Positions 49,801 through 62,636 of a stretch of 64,000 bases of DNA are shown piece after piece; within the stretch, counting starts at the first letter, position 1, and each line of letters starts with the position of its first letter. The stretch covers positions 2,458,539 through 2,522,538 of the forward strand of contig MU004233.1 of assembly GCA_010405405.1 (NCBI GenBank), written 5' to 3'. This stretch comes from Microthyrium microscopicum. Its lineage: Eukaryota. A model generated the notes under the pieces. That model saw only the letters and a list, made by a program, of their open reading frames with translations, was not told the DNA's origin and searched no databases. The position numbers were made by a program, and so were the translations under genes.

Positions 49801-51621
49801 TGCACACATGGCGATTACTTGCTGATTTTGCCTAACATCAAAGCCACGCCTGCAAATTGATATGGGCACATGGAGTTCGCAGAGTTATGGAGTGAGGTCA
49901 AGTTGATAAGCTGTCAATGTCATATCTTGTAGCGTGAAAGCCACCAGTCGTTAAATTGACAGCGGAAGATGCGGGCCTAGTGATTTTCGGTCCCAGTGAA
50001 ATTTTCATACATCGTCAGCCGCTCAAATTTTGATATCGGTAGCAAGTCATGCACATCATTACAGTAATATGGATTTCTTCATACATTGGCAGTTACCGCC
50101 GCGCTGCATGCCAAGTATCATGATAGTGATTTTGGTACTTAGGTGGGGACGGGACACCATTTATCATTACTCGAATCGATATCCAGTGCATCTCCGAGAC
50201 CCCAGTTCACCATCCCACGATTTTACGTTACCACACCCGCACAACAGATCTCGTGAGCGCTGGTCCCCAGACTCGTCCCTGGAACTCCTTGTCCCCTCTT
50301 CCATGTTCTAGAGATCGTGTCTTTTTATGTTTTGCCAACCGCCAAACCCCGGCATGAACGTTTGAGATTTAGTGGTGTGTCGATCTGAGATCAGCGAGAT
50401 CGGCATGACGGAGTAGAGTCCGCTGGGCGTAAGGGTCTTGCTGAGGGTGTGCTGCCCCTCTTGAGATGTTTATCGTGGTGTGGTCTCAGCTTGGTTTGTG
50501 CTCCTGTTTGTGCGTCTACGTGCTTTCGATAAAGTGGTTCGCGATAACAGCGCGGGGAGAATGGGTGGGTTCAGATCTTTGTGTTGTCAGCGGCTTTAAA
50601 GACATGAACTGGGGATGATAGCAGTATGATTCGATTGGTCTGGTCACTGCTGGTGCTAAATGGTCGACCAAATAAGTGGCGGCACTCCTGTCATAATGTC
50701 TCCCATTGCACATAACAACAAGATGCTCTTATTTTTAGCGTATTCGATGATAGAGAGTGTGCTCATTAGTTCATGCAGTAAGTGTGTCTATGCTTGATAA
50801 CTTGTGTGACATCTCTGAAGCCTGATTTGAATTTGGACTATACACACTGAAATCTGATGTCTTAGTAAGTATGGTATATGAAATTTGGACGACTTATAAC
50901 TATGATAATAGTGTGGCGCTGCAGTGATGAGAGAAGAGAGAACAGTGAACCCCCAATGCTTTCAAGCTCCCGAGGACCAAAACTCGTCGTACCTCTGAAT
51001 TAGTTCAATGCATATGCTTTGCAAACAATGGCCAAAGCTCTACAAACCTGTCGCGTTCAGCATAAACACCTTGGTATTGGTCCCATTGACACAATTCAAC
51101 GGAAATATGCAGCCAATTTCGAACAGTACTAGCTACGGGTAATGCGAATAGCATTGGAAAGGTGACTCTATGAACGGGAAACACTCCTGTTCAGCAACCA
51201 GCACCAGGAATCAAAAAGCAGAGGTCCGGAGTCTCTAAGGAGTCAAAGACTTATTCAAGTTATGAGATGGGAACAGCGCTACCTAAGCACATATACGGCG
51301 AAGATTACGAGAACGTTAACGAGGCTAACTCGACGGCGATGGGCACAGCTTGTAGATTGCCATCACTGGACAAATCCATGTTTCCTTTCTGTAAGAAAGC
51401 GAAACTTTTGAGAGAGAACTGACTTGCCGTTTGCTTTGCTCTACGAGATATAACAGAAGTGGAAAATGATAACACAGGTAAGTATGAAAGTGATTGGGAT
51501 ACCTTGAGATCTTGCAGTTATTGAGTGAGCTGGAGCAGAGCCAACCTTCAGGAGATGCCCTCACACTGGAATAGAACTCGAGCAAGTTAATGAGATCAAT
51601 GGATAGAAACTTAGGAAGCGA

Positions 51622-53527
51622 TCACATTATCTTAGTGTGAACTTCCATCATGTTCAATGCTGGCGTCCAATGCTGGCGTTCAGTGAGCCCAGTCCATTCG
51701 GGGTGCTTCCATGTTTGGTAGTTCCACCAAGCAGGATAGTCAGTTCGGCCTCTCGTTTCTCGTTCAGATATTTCCAAACAAACAAACAAGCAACTTTCTT
51801 CGAGGTTACAGGGCTTTCTTTCAACATCAACATGTACCCAGAAACCATGAGCTCCGTATACTAGTTGCTTACTGCCTCTGGCCTGCAGCTCCTCTACAAC
51901 ACTCTGCGTTTTTAGCAGCGACTTGAGTTGACTTTTGGTCATGAGTCCTTTGGTGAGATCTGTGGCATCCGGGCATCTCAGATGATGTTCCGTCTCTGTA
52001 TTCCAGTCACTGAGTATGTTTGGGACACCAGTGATCCAAACTTCAATCTTAGGTTTAGCAGTATCATGTTTTGGCGTAGGTGTCATTCTATGGGTGAATA
52101 CGTCTCCACCAATTGCTACGGCAAAGCGCAATGGGCTTTTAGTTTTGGCGGCCAAGAACTCGGAATCAGAAAAGAAGAACACAGCATGTAGCCCTATTTG
52201 CATGTCTGAAATATGCAATCGTCCAGTTTTGCGGTAGAATGTAGCATGAGGTAAGCAATAAACCTCATCTAGATCCCAACCTTTGAAAGTATTCGACATC
52301 TTCACAATGGTGAACGCTGGTAATACATTTAGTTGACGATGAATCGTAGAAGTTGGGGTCAATTCTGGAAACTTGACGAACAGCAGACTGTCTCTGGTAT
52401 GGGATTGATAGTGCCTTGCCCAAACAAGCACTGGCTCTCCACAGCGATAGTAAGAATCTTCCTCGTACCGGGCTTGTACCAGTGGAATACAAAGGTAATA
52501 TTATTTTCGGTTTCGAATTGAACAAGATATTCCAGCCCAACAAACTCCAGTATTGGTGTTATAACAAGAAGGAAGTGTAATGCTTAGTCCATTTCCCTTA
52601 AATATTGCGTTTGTGGTATGGGGGAGGTTGGCCAACACGTTTATATGCTCAGTTACCTTGAATTGTCCAGGACTCTTTGCTAGCATGCCCTCAAAACTTC
52701 CTTGGGGCCGTTCTTTCATATCCATTATGTAATTGTCATATCGCTGAATCCTTTCGATGACGTTTGGAAGACCCCAGGCAAACAATGACGGATCAAGGGA
52801 GACTCTGAGAATCTCTTGCTGCAGTCTTATAAAGGCATTTGAACCTTCTCCATACAAAAGAGGCATATAAACTCCGAATATACCCATCAGGGAATAGGCT
52901 CTATCTTCCACACGGCTCGTTTGACGATTGGCTGCCCAAGACATCTTGGTTGCAACGTGAGCAATTTCAAGAGTCCCCGTCCGTAAAACATCCTTCGAGA
53001 TTTTGGTAATGTCATGAATTTCATCGACCAGCTCACTTTTGGAACCCAAGAGAATCCAATTTCGAGAGTAGAAGTGGACTTCTCGAGGAGCAATTAGCTC
53101 TTGTAGAGTCCACCCTCTACGGAACCAACGGCTGAGCCATAGCCAATCGCGGCTAGGGGCATCGGAGAGAAAAGCATAACATTTCTTTGCTGAGCGGTAA
53201 TACCTGAACATGGAGTTTATAGCTTCGGACAATTCGGCGGTGCTCGTTTTGTCAATGCAACAGCTGAATAGACTTAGCTGTGATCAGAATATGGTTGCTT
53301 AGCAATTACGTATCAACCCAGGCCCATTCCAATCCGTCTTTGATGGCTTGCTGACAACAGTTTTGAATTTTCGAATATCCTGCTTTGTACCGAACATCGG
53401 GCTTGATCATGTCTTGAAGTGTGCATTCCTGTTCTCCCCATGTGTGGGACAGTATTGCGTATGGGGGTATCTCATGGTCGCTCAAAAACTCCTGGACTTC
53501 TATCGTAGCCGCGTTCAAGAGGCGCAT
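51622..53527 (-). pseudogene. HET-domain protein (HET-E-type N-terminal HET domain) with one in-frame TAA at 52501-52503
   Basis: MRLLN...PPYAILSHTWG...WAWVDT|CCIDKTSTAELSEAINSMFRYY...WFRRGWTLQELIAP...MSWAANRQTSRVEDRAYSLMGIFGVYMPLLYGEG. Intron 53264-53309. ORF 51622-52431 continues in the same frame after the stop. Confidence 0.85.
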
Positions 53528-54618
53528 AGTGCTCGAACGGTAGAGCCTATAGCGGCTGCCTTGTTCTCTCAGGTCACTTGGTGGTTTGGATGAGTATATA
53601 AAACACTTATCCAGTATACTACATCAAAATAGTCGATGGAAATGGCGATAATAGGCTTACAAGAAGATTTGAGCAATCTTCCAGCAAGGAAACAAAGAAC
53701 ATAATTTCGGGGTCCAGTAGTAAGGCAGCAGGCGATAAATGTCGGAGGCTATTGAGTTGTACGACGTTTCTTCTGCCAATATCAAATCAAGCTACCGTGT
53801 AGTACTTGCAACCCAGGTCAAGGATTCTTTCAGGGGCAGTGTTAGCCGTGTCTACAGTTCTAGCAGTCGTTGAAGAGAGGTACCTTAAATACAAGGCGGG
53901 TTGTGGATACTAAGCTCTTGATTACTTTCTTCATAGGCAAGAATGTACGCGCAGCATTTGCGATCTCTCTGCCTAATCATATCTAGAATGGTTTTCAATA
54001 ACGGGTCAAATCAGGTACTCAAACGGGGCTTATGGCACTGTCTCGTAAATGTAAATCTTTTTGATCTAGTACTTTTCCATTTATGAAAAGACACCAAGCT
54101 AAGATCACTCTTGATCTATCCACTACCGGTACTAGGTAAAGTACTTGTTTTGAATCTCAAGATTCTTCAAAAACTCGCTACATTTGACAGCGTGGTCTAA
54201 GTTGACTAAAACAATGGCAGGCATCTGATAAGTTATAGTGCCTGATTCATCGCGTCACCAGTACAGTTGAGGCATCTAGGAGACGTCAAAATAGGAGCGA
54301 TCTTGATGATATTTCGATTGACTCCGATGGCTACCAAGTAATCCACACATTAACCAGTGATGATTTTACTGTTTCACGTACCATATTGATCAAGTTATCA
54401 AATGCGATATGGAGGAGGCTAGTTTTTCACTTGAAGTACATGACAAACATCGAAGTTGATGGGAATGTCGATCGAACTGGCTCGCTAATTTTGAAGCTGG
54501 GAGGGCATATGGATGAAGCAGGACTCAAGAGTCGAGTCTCTAGATGCTACATGGGAAACCGATAACGTTGCAAAGGTAAAATTCCTGGTATTCCATAATC
54601 GGGTTCCTTCAAAATCCA

Positions 54619-55152
54619 TCAGAAAAACCTTGGAGTAGCTTTGACACAAACGGTCGTCTTTGGCGCGTTTGGCTTTGCTTCGCAGTATCCGCCCTGCCCA
54701 TCTGCTACACCAGGGTCCCCCATAAAGACTTTGCAGTGGCAATCTATGGGACAATTTCCATGATTTGCTCTGGTACCACAGTGAATGGCCCCGAGAGGTT
54801 CTTTCCATTCACATACTCCCGGGCAATTTTCGTTTGCTGGAGTCAAACCGTCACAGCCTGTCTCGGGAGTCGCTTTTGGTAGACACTTTCCAGAACAGTC
54901 ATTAAAATTTTCCAAGTTCCTACACTTCAATTTGCCATCCTTCCACCTGTAATAACTAGCGTCGCGCCCTTCGGGTCTTTGCCGCCGTTGAAGCTGTTGG
55001 AGCACGTTTCAGCTTCTATACAAATTATTTGAAATGAGCCAGATTCAAGAACCACTCACTGCAGGATATATCTGTGAACCTGATATGATGTGATCATCCG
55101 CAAAAGCACCCAGAATCCAGGCACAGGCGAGAATCATCTGATAGCTTATCAT
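54619..55152 (-). CDS. Small secreted cysteine-rich protein (12 Cys) with a predicted Kex2 propeptide; effector-like
   Basis: Exon 1 MISYQMILACAWILGAFADDHIISGSQIYPA, intron 54994-55059 (GTGAGT...CAACAG), exon 2 LQRR/QRPEGRDASYYRW... with DCSGKC and NCPGVC repeats. Confidence 0.75.
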
Positions 55153-55715
55153 GTCTTCTTGTCGGGCATTGGCAAAAGAGGAGGGAAAAGGGACCGTCAA
55201 AAGAGCCACGCGACTCCAACGACAAAGGGAGAGTTTAAACAGTTTCGTGTGAACGTATGGTCAGTGCTATTAGAGTGTGCAATAGGGTCCAGAATCTGAG
55301 CCACATATGCAAATCTATTCTGAGACGCCAAACTCTTTACTGATCAGGCCTGCCGCCTATGATTGAGCTACGACATATTAGCGAATCAAACCTTTATAGA
55401 TCAGCAATTACACGAACTCCCATAGTCTACGACTCTACCAAGTTAAAATGTCAGTGTTTTCCCTTGCCATGACAGCGGAACTAGGATTGTGATCCTACCT
55501 ATTTATATGAGAGTACGATATATTAACTTGACACGCAGCAGGGCAAACGCAATAGTTCGAGATAAACCTTCAAGTTCGCTGAAATCCGGATTCATGAAAG
55601 ACACTACTCTTGATGAGACCTGTTTATTTCACAACTTATCGGATGTATTTGAGCGTATCGGTGAGCTAATGGGCTATAAATAAATACCTAGATAATGTAG
55701 ACGGAATTGCAAATA

Positions 55716-56696
55716 CTAGGTCCCAATAACTCTGCCATTTCTATAAGCCGCCCAAGCCGACTTCATTCGAAAGCTTTGTTCTGCCGTAAAGTGGTTCATA
55801 CAATAGTCGCTCGAGTAATCCATAAAGTTATCGACATTGTCAGGGCCGATATAGCTGCCAGTCACTCCCGGGCATGAAGGGAGGACCATTGGTGGACACG
55901 GTTGGCCCCTGGTGGTGATGGGGCTAGCGAAAGCCTGGAGTGGTGTATCGAAAACTTCATCATCCCGGACACAGTCGCTCTCTTCTCCCTCACCCCCAAA
56001 TACATGAATCAAATATAACCAATGCCCAAGCTCGTGAACCGCAGTTTTTCCTTCATCAACACTTCCAATGTTGTTGGGAGCTTTCTCTATGCCTGGGCTT
56101 CCTGGCATGGTATACTGGTTCATGATGCATCCATCGTAATCCAGAAATCCCTGGGTGAGAGGTCGTGTCTCTGGGTAGCTACAAACACCATAGGATGTAT
56201 TGAAACCTCTCAATGGCTTGTACATCGGGTTCCAATCTGACAGGAAGTAAAGATTAAGACTGTCGTACCCACCCTGGCGAAGTGCAATTTTCATTTCAAT
56301 TTCGACGTCAGTATTGTTCGCGGTTGCCCAGGTTGCATTGATATTTGTTGTGAAGTTTCGCAAATCAAATTGAATGCCCGTTGAAGCGAAACCGTTATTT
56401 AAAGCAACCAGCTGTTGTATAACGATCGCCTCATTGAGGTTGACGCTTGTTGAAGCGCTCACAACGTGGACGTAAGTCGGAACAATAACTCCTGGGAGAG
56501 GCTGACTTTTGGAGGCTTGGTGTTTGGTGTAGTCTTCAGATGTAATGAATGGCGGAGGAGATAGCAATGCATTGCCACATCGTTGTGGGAATCTGGGTGA
56601 TCCTGGTAACTGTCTACGCTCAATGTTGGTCGCAGATAGTCCCACCCCCATAATCAGGAAAAGAGGAAGAGCTGTTTTGAGCATATCTTGGATCAT
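55716..56696 (-). CDS. Secreted M43 (pappalysin-family, MEP1-like) zinc metalloprotease
   Basis: Signal peptide, Cys-switch-like RCG, LRQGGYDSLNLYF, DGC, GKTAVHELGHWLYLIH and Met-turn NFMDYS; intronless. Confidence 0.92.
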   Translation of the reverse strand: MIQDMLKTALPLFLIMGVGLSATNIERRQLPGSPRFPQRCGNALLSPPPFITSEDYTKHQASKSQPLPGVIVPTYVHVVSASTSVNLNEAIVIQQLVALNNGFASTGIQFDLRNFTTNINATWATANNTDVEIEMKIALRQGGYDSLNLYFLSDWNPMYKPLRGFNTSYGVCSYPETRPLTQGFLDYDGCIMNQYTMPGSPGIEKAPNNIGSVDEGKTAVHELGHWLYLIHVFGGEGEESDCVRDDEVFDTPLQAFASPITTRGQPCPPMVLPSCPGVTGSYIGPDNVDNFMDYSSDYCMNHFTAEQSFRMKSAWAAYRNGRVIGT

Positions 56697-57772
56697 TGTC
56701 GGCGAAGGGGCTCGCAGAAAAAAAGCAAGAAGGCTGGTATTTGCTTAATGTAAAGATATATAAATGTGAAGTACAGGAGAGTCTGGCCATATCTCATGGC
56801 AACGAGCCTATCAATATTTATACCACCTCCTGGCAAAGGCTTCAGGATACTTTTTGGAGGCGCAGTTGATACTTTGAATTCTCAATGTGATCGATCTTTC
56901 GACGAGATTGGAAGGTTTGAAGCGGGATCTGACGGATCGGCCCACCGTAGATTAGTGGGATCGATACGCTTCGACGCTGGTACTGTCGACGGCAGAGGAC
57001 TTGAAGGATTCTTCATGGTATCTATGAGCCTTCCTTTTTCAGCACATAATATGTAAAAATGAAATCTTGTACGACAGATACTACAAAGCTTCAGTCACGA
57101 AGGAGCAGAGATTTGAACCAGAGCCGTAAATTGCCATTGTGCCATAGCAAGTGCCATCGAGGCATATGTGGTTGCCGGCGAACACCAGCTATCATGAACC
57201 TGAAGTATTCCAGCCCACTATCTGGTGTAAATGTGGTAAAATCCAGTCTATGTAGATTGTTCGTAGTGGATGTAGTTATGCAATTAAAGAAAGCTCCCAG
57301 CAGAAAACTTATCGAAATTCAAGCATCCAGACAAGTCGGAATTTTGTACTCATCACTTGAACCAAATACCTTCCAAGACCATTTTTGAAAACGACTTGAT
57401 GAGAGAGACATGAAATTATGCTGTCAGGATAATAAAGGTACATACAAATTTACAAAGACTCACAGAGTACAAATGAGCTATTTATAGCCTACCCGTACTA
57501 CCAGACTACTGGCCCACAGGGAAGTTTGCATATCCACATAATGCAGGAGCTAATCTGCTGCGGACCCTGTTCTTAAGCTTCGAAGCCTCCATCAACATTT
57601 CATCCAACTCTTTAGCGAATCCATCCACTTCAAGTAATTGAACTGTTGTATCTGCTGCTGCGCAGCTCACCATCAATACAAACCACTTATCAGAGTCGCC
57701 TCTCAGGCTACTGTTCTCAGCGTTCGCCGTTGAACCCAGGATTGACGTGTGGCGAACACAAAATTTGCTAGA

Positions 57773-59487
57773 ATGGATGCATATCGTCCGATTGTACCTA
57801 AAGTAGAGGGATCATCTAGTGCCTCGGGTAAAGCCATCGGCTTCAGCGGTACCAGTCAACAACCTCACCGTCAGCAAAAACGAGTAGCTACCAAAATCGC
57901 GTGCGAGCCATGTCGCAAGCGGAGGAGCAAGGTAGATTATTCATCCTCTACGATGGAAAACAGTCTTGCGTACTAAGTATCGCAGTGCGATGGCTTACGT
58001 CCAACCTGTACCACGTGTAAGGATAATGGTGAGAATTGCTCTTATGAAATCCAAGTGGGCCAGACAAGGTCTATGCTACAAAAGCAACAATTACAGGGCT
58101 TGAAAGACATTATTTCAAGCATTGCTACGGAACAAGAAAGTAGCAACTTTCTCTCTATTGCCTTGACGCTACATCACAACGACTTTCGCAACATTGCGCA
58201 GGTCGCTTCGTCGCTACGAAGCGCAGAAGAAGACTCAAGGAAAGTGCCCAATTTTGCCAGTCCTCCAAGAACGAACAACTATGGACCACCACCGACACTC
58301 TTTGATGGGAAAGAAAATGCTGTGAACCGTCCTACAGTCTCTCCTGGTCAGGAGCATGAGCTTGATACTCAAGACACGCCGATGCCTTCAAACTATGAGG
58401 AAGCCAGGTAAAAATTCCAATGCTTGATTCTCTAGTATAACTACCTAGTCAAATGTTGACTCAAAGCAGAAACTGGTCAACGAGTGAGCCAGAATTTGGC
58501 CCCACAGATGACATAGAATCGCCTCGCTATCGATTCGAGCCCTTGATGCTCGAAGAATCATTCAATACTACTGGGAATGATACAACTCCAGTCAAACTCC
58601 CTATGTATTTCTTTCAAATTGCCAATCAAGACGATGCTCGGCCTATAAGTTCTAGATATTCACACTTCATCTACGTCAAGAGACAGCTTATAGAAAGTGG
58701 CGTCTCAGCAAGCGACGTACTGGGAGTGGATGAGATTGACCTTACGCAACTATTTGATACCAAGGCGATTGATGGCGGCGACAGTCGATCTCTGAGCCAC
58801 TGGGCCAACGACATAGTCCGTGAAGTAAAGACAATGTGCATGGCCGAGAAGCTCGCAACAGTGCTTCTGATCGCATCTCTTGCTCGAGTAAGTATTATTT
58901 GATCAGGTCACAGTAAACAGGCTAACTTAATACGATAGTGGCAGATATCCCCAACTTTAGCGAACTACCAGAGTATTTCAAGTTGTATGCGGCCAACGCC
59001 GAGTCAATTGACCATTGCACATCCTGCCTGGATTGACTATGTTCCATGGTAAGAGATTCGGTGTCTAGTTCTGATTAACAATTGTGTTTCACCCATAATA
59101 TTGCAGGTATCTTGAGCTAAAATTCGCAGGCCTGAAATCAGAGATCATTTTATCAGATGGCCATCCTCCATAGGCCACGGAGATGTCCAGTCTTTCTTTG
59201 CTTCTCATACGCATATCAATTGGCCATCTACACACGGAGATATGCTTTGCATAGATCCGACTACCGAATCACTCGCTCTCAGTGATGAGTTCGAGAGCTG
59301 GGCCAAAGACATCAACAACTGGTCGCTGGATAGTGCCGTGGAAGAGCATTACCCGACTATTGCCACCATGGCCTGGGTCAAGATCAACGGGCAGGTAGAT
59401 TTTCAAGAAGACATGCAAGCATTTGAGAGTCTGATCAACGACGTCTGGAGTCCAACTCTCACAGCTACCGAGAAACTCACGCCGTGA
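57773..59487 (+). CDS. Zn(II)2Cys6 transcription factor with a C-terminal DUF3425-like domain, multi-exon
   Basis: IACEPCRKRRSK|CDGLRPTCTTCKDNGENCSY across intron 57932-57985; C-terminal RPTPSQLTIAHPAWIDYVPW|PEIRDHFI...INWP...EFESWAKDINNWSL. Confidence 0.9.
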
Positions 59488-60206
59488 TTCCAGCCTCATT
59501 GTCGCATAGGCCGACTGGAAGAATGCGTGGAAGCCAGCATCACAAACGTGTGGTGCATAGAAATATTGGTCTAAGAAGTGGTCTATCATCAGCGAGATAA
59601 CTGACAGCTGTCCAAAGCAATCTTACAACGAAGTTGCTGCACGAAGCCTACATGGCAAAGGCAGTAACCGTGGTCTATGATTCTGTGGGTACATACATCA
59701 GCACGGTGGCTCGCGCTGAAGTAGCGAGAAATGCAACTCATGTATTGTAACATATTTAGCATTCGGGGCGAGCAAAGCGAGAGGTGTGACGAGATGTCAC
59801 CTTTAGCCAAAGATTAGTTATGGTTAATTGCTAATTTTCTACCAATGAATCAGCCTTAGTTCAAGAAAATTGTCGGAATACCTCTACGTCGCTCAACCTA
59901 CCTACGCGCTGTCCGCTTATTCTGATTACGCATGATTGGAATTAACGCAAAATTCAGATAAGAGGTACGATGTAAGAATAGCCGCAACGAAATCAACGAC
60001 ACGCTTCCATGGAGTTCTATGTCGACCATGCGCCGCTTTTTATGATCGAGTGTTTTGTTTCGCAGATATTGCGCACAGATATCAGAGTTTCGTCGGATAC
60101 GATGGAAATCATGGCATCTCTTACCAAGTCGCGTCGGTGGTAGCCACAGCTGTTGGTGGGAGCTATTTTGTCTACCATTGAGCCACGAGAAATGCATGAT
60201 ATATCC

Positions 60207-62636
60207 TCAAATCAAAGAGAAAGTCTCAACGCTGTCCCTCCAATTTGGCTTCTGAAGTATTTCCCCATGCATGATACCGTACATGTAAGCATCGCCAATA
60301 TATGTGTACTTATCGTTCCCAGCCGGCCGAAGAACATAAAGGTGAGGCGCACCACTAAGCAAAACAATGACATCGCCTGGTCTTGCTTGGTTGAACGCAA
60401 GACTAATTCGATGATCATCGGTCAAACAAAGTGTTCTTTGATACAAATTGTTGTTGCTTAACAGTGATTCTACCGCAGTCCGGGTTTGCTCAAGCTCGGT
60501 CAGCCATGGGGATAATGGAACAAGAAGGATCTCTGGGTTTCGGAGCAAGTAGTCTTTTGCATTAGTGACGATTCGTATCAGAGTCCTGAGTGCTGTGGCC
60601 ATGGACTCGTCGTGTGCTTTGTCGAGATTACGCGCGGAAGAATTGTCTTCGTTGAGATTGAAGCCATCGAATACAGGATCCGGCGTCTGGGAACCGTTAT
60701 TGGGAAACGGAGGTGTGATATCCATAGCTGCTGGACGCACGTTGATCGGAATTTGATAGTTCCGATGATGTGGGTCGCATTGACAGTCTCCCCCGATAAG
60801 AGTATGTGCAATTATAGAATCCGATTTCTCGTCGTCAACTCGCAGCAGCTGCTGGGCATGCTTGAGAGCCTGTTCGAGCTGTTCGAGGAGCACTCTTGTA
60901 AGCTTGACAGATCCAGAACTGGGCATGACGTCTACTGGCATGATCTCGGTAACAGAGCTGATTCGGATGCCTTGCAAGTGCAGGATGCTTTGATCGAGAG
61001 AGAATTGCGCTGGGACATACCATCCTTTAGAAGCATGGAATAGATGCGGTGCAAGATGACTGGGTATGTCTGGCGCATTGGGGAATCTATAGACCCAGGA
61101 CGGAAGAGTCAAATGTTTGTCATGGCGATCCGATACCCAACTCCCCAAGAGCCGAATTGCTCCCTCAACATGGAGCAGGCTAACTGTAAACCCCCGGAGA
61201 ACTTCTGCATAAGACTTGGAGTAATCCGCTTTCATATGCAACGGTTCTGCCACATCAGTCAATGCTAGAAGCCCAAAGATCATATCTCTTGGATCACTGC
61301 ATTCTAGACAAGACCCAGCAGTTACCAGAAACCCTAAAAGACCGAAAACGCCCCTAAGTGAATGATTCTGGCTCTCTCGAATGGACCTGAACATACCCGT
61401 TGTAGAAAACGAGGCCCACGTTCTTCCATTATCGAGCCAATGCTCGTATTGCAATGCTGAAATATGTACAAGGAGGTGCGGTGTTGCAGCTACAATCCAG
61501 GGACATGAAAGTGTTCCACGTAGCATTCGAACATTGGAATTTAGGCACGTCTGAAGAGATCTTTAGCATTAGCAAGCAACAACTGGTCTTTAAAAACAAC
61601 TCACCTCTTGTGCCATCCACACACGACGTGTTGAAGGACCGGTGGTAAAATGTGACATAGTGCGGAGGGAGACTTTTGTCAATTGTCTTTCATCAAATCG
61701 TAGAGATTCGGGTACCGTGGATGGGTCCTGGAATTGCCGCCTCACGCGCGAGTAATCAATGCCCAAGTCGCGGATGACATCTTGGAATTGGTCGTAAATG
61801 CCTTGTAGAAGCCGAAACCCTTGCTCGTCGTTCGCTTCTGAAGGTCCTAGGTAAGAGATGACACTATTGGCAGATGTATATATATTTCGCATTCGGCTAA
61901 CCTGCTCTTGACGCTCGGTGGTGTTGGATTGTTCGATACTGATTTGGTCGATCCAGAAAGTGTTCGACGGAATAGCATCCGAGTCTCGCAGATCGGACAG
62001 AGCGCTGTGGAGGTTGTTCGTGAGTGGAATGTTGCCAACTTCTTGGCCGTTTTCATTGACGACAGTGATCGAAAATAATAGTTGTGGATCGCCCCATTCA
62101 TAACTGAGCGCGATATATTCCGCAGTCGATGTAAGTACGTGCTGAAGCTGGCACCGAAGCCTTTCTCCAGGTTTGCTGAGCAGGACTAATACGCGAATCT
62201 CGTCATTTGCGGAGTCGATAGGCTGGTGTACGTATGGAGTCTGGGCAGCGATGGCTTCTTCCAACGGCCTAAGAAATGATCTGCTCAAGTCCTGAAATCT
62301 CTCTTTTCCAGCATCGTTTAAGAGATGGTAGCAGTCTTCCGACAATATAAAGATGAACTTCGAAGCCCATTCCAGTATTCCTAAAGGATGATGACCGGCA
62401 AGATTTGTCTGGTGTCCTGAAACAGCATTCATCCATTTTTTCGAGTAAGAATAGCCAGCATATTCTGCAGGTAACAGACTCAGTAGGCCAGGAATTCTAG
62501 CGAAGGAATCATCGCTCTTGTTGCCGAATTGCTGCACGATCTCCAAAACTTCGGCTGCCAATGTCTTTAACATTTCTACATTTCCTTCAGTTGGAAACCA
62601 GCCTTTGCCGTCTTCATTTGTGGTGCACTCTTTCAT
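60207..62636 (-). CDS. HET-domain (HET-6-like) protein with a ~130-aa N-terminal extension
   Basis: EIRVLVL, YIALSYEWG, FWIDQISIEQ, RRVWMAQE|TCLNSNVRMLRG (intron 61551-61604 restores the frame), CSDPRDMIFGLL and the C-terminal YIGDAYMYGIMHGE. Confidence 0.92.

Noticed and set aside
61551..61604. Apparent frameshift between the two ORFs of the third HET gene
   Set aside because: Explained by a canonical 54-nt intron (GTGAGT...GCTAAT...TTCAG).
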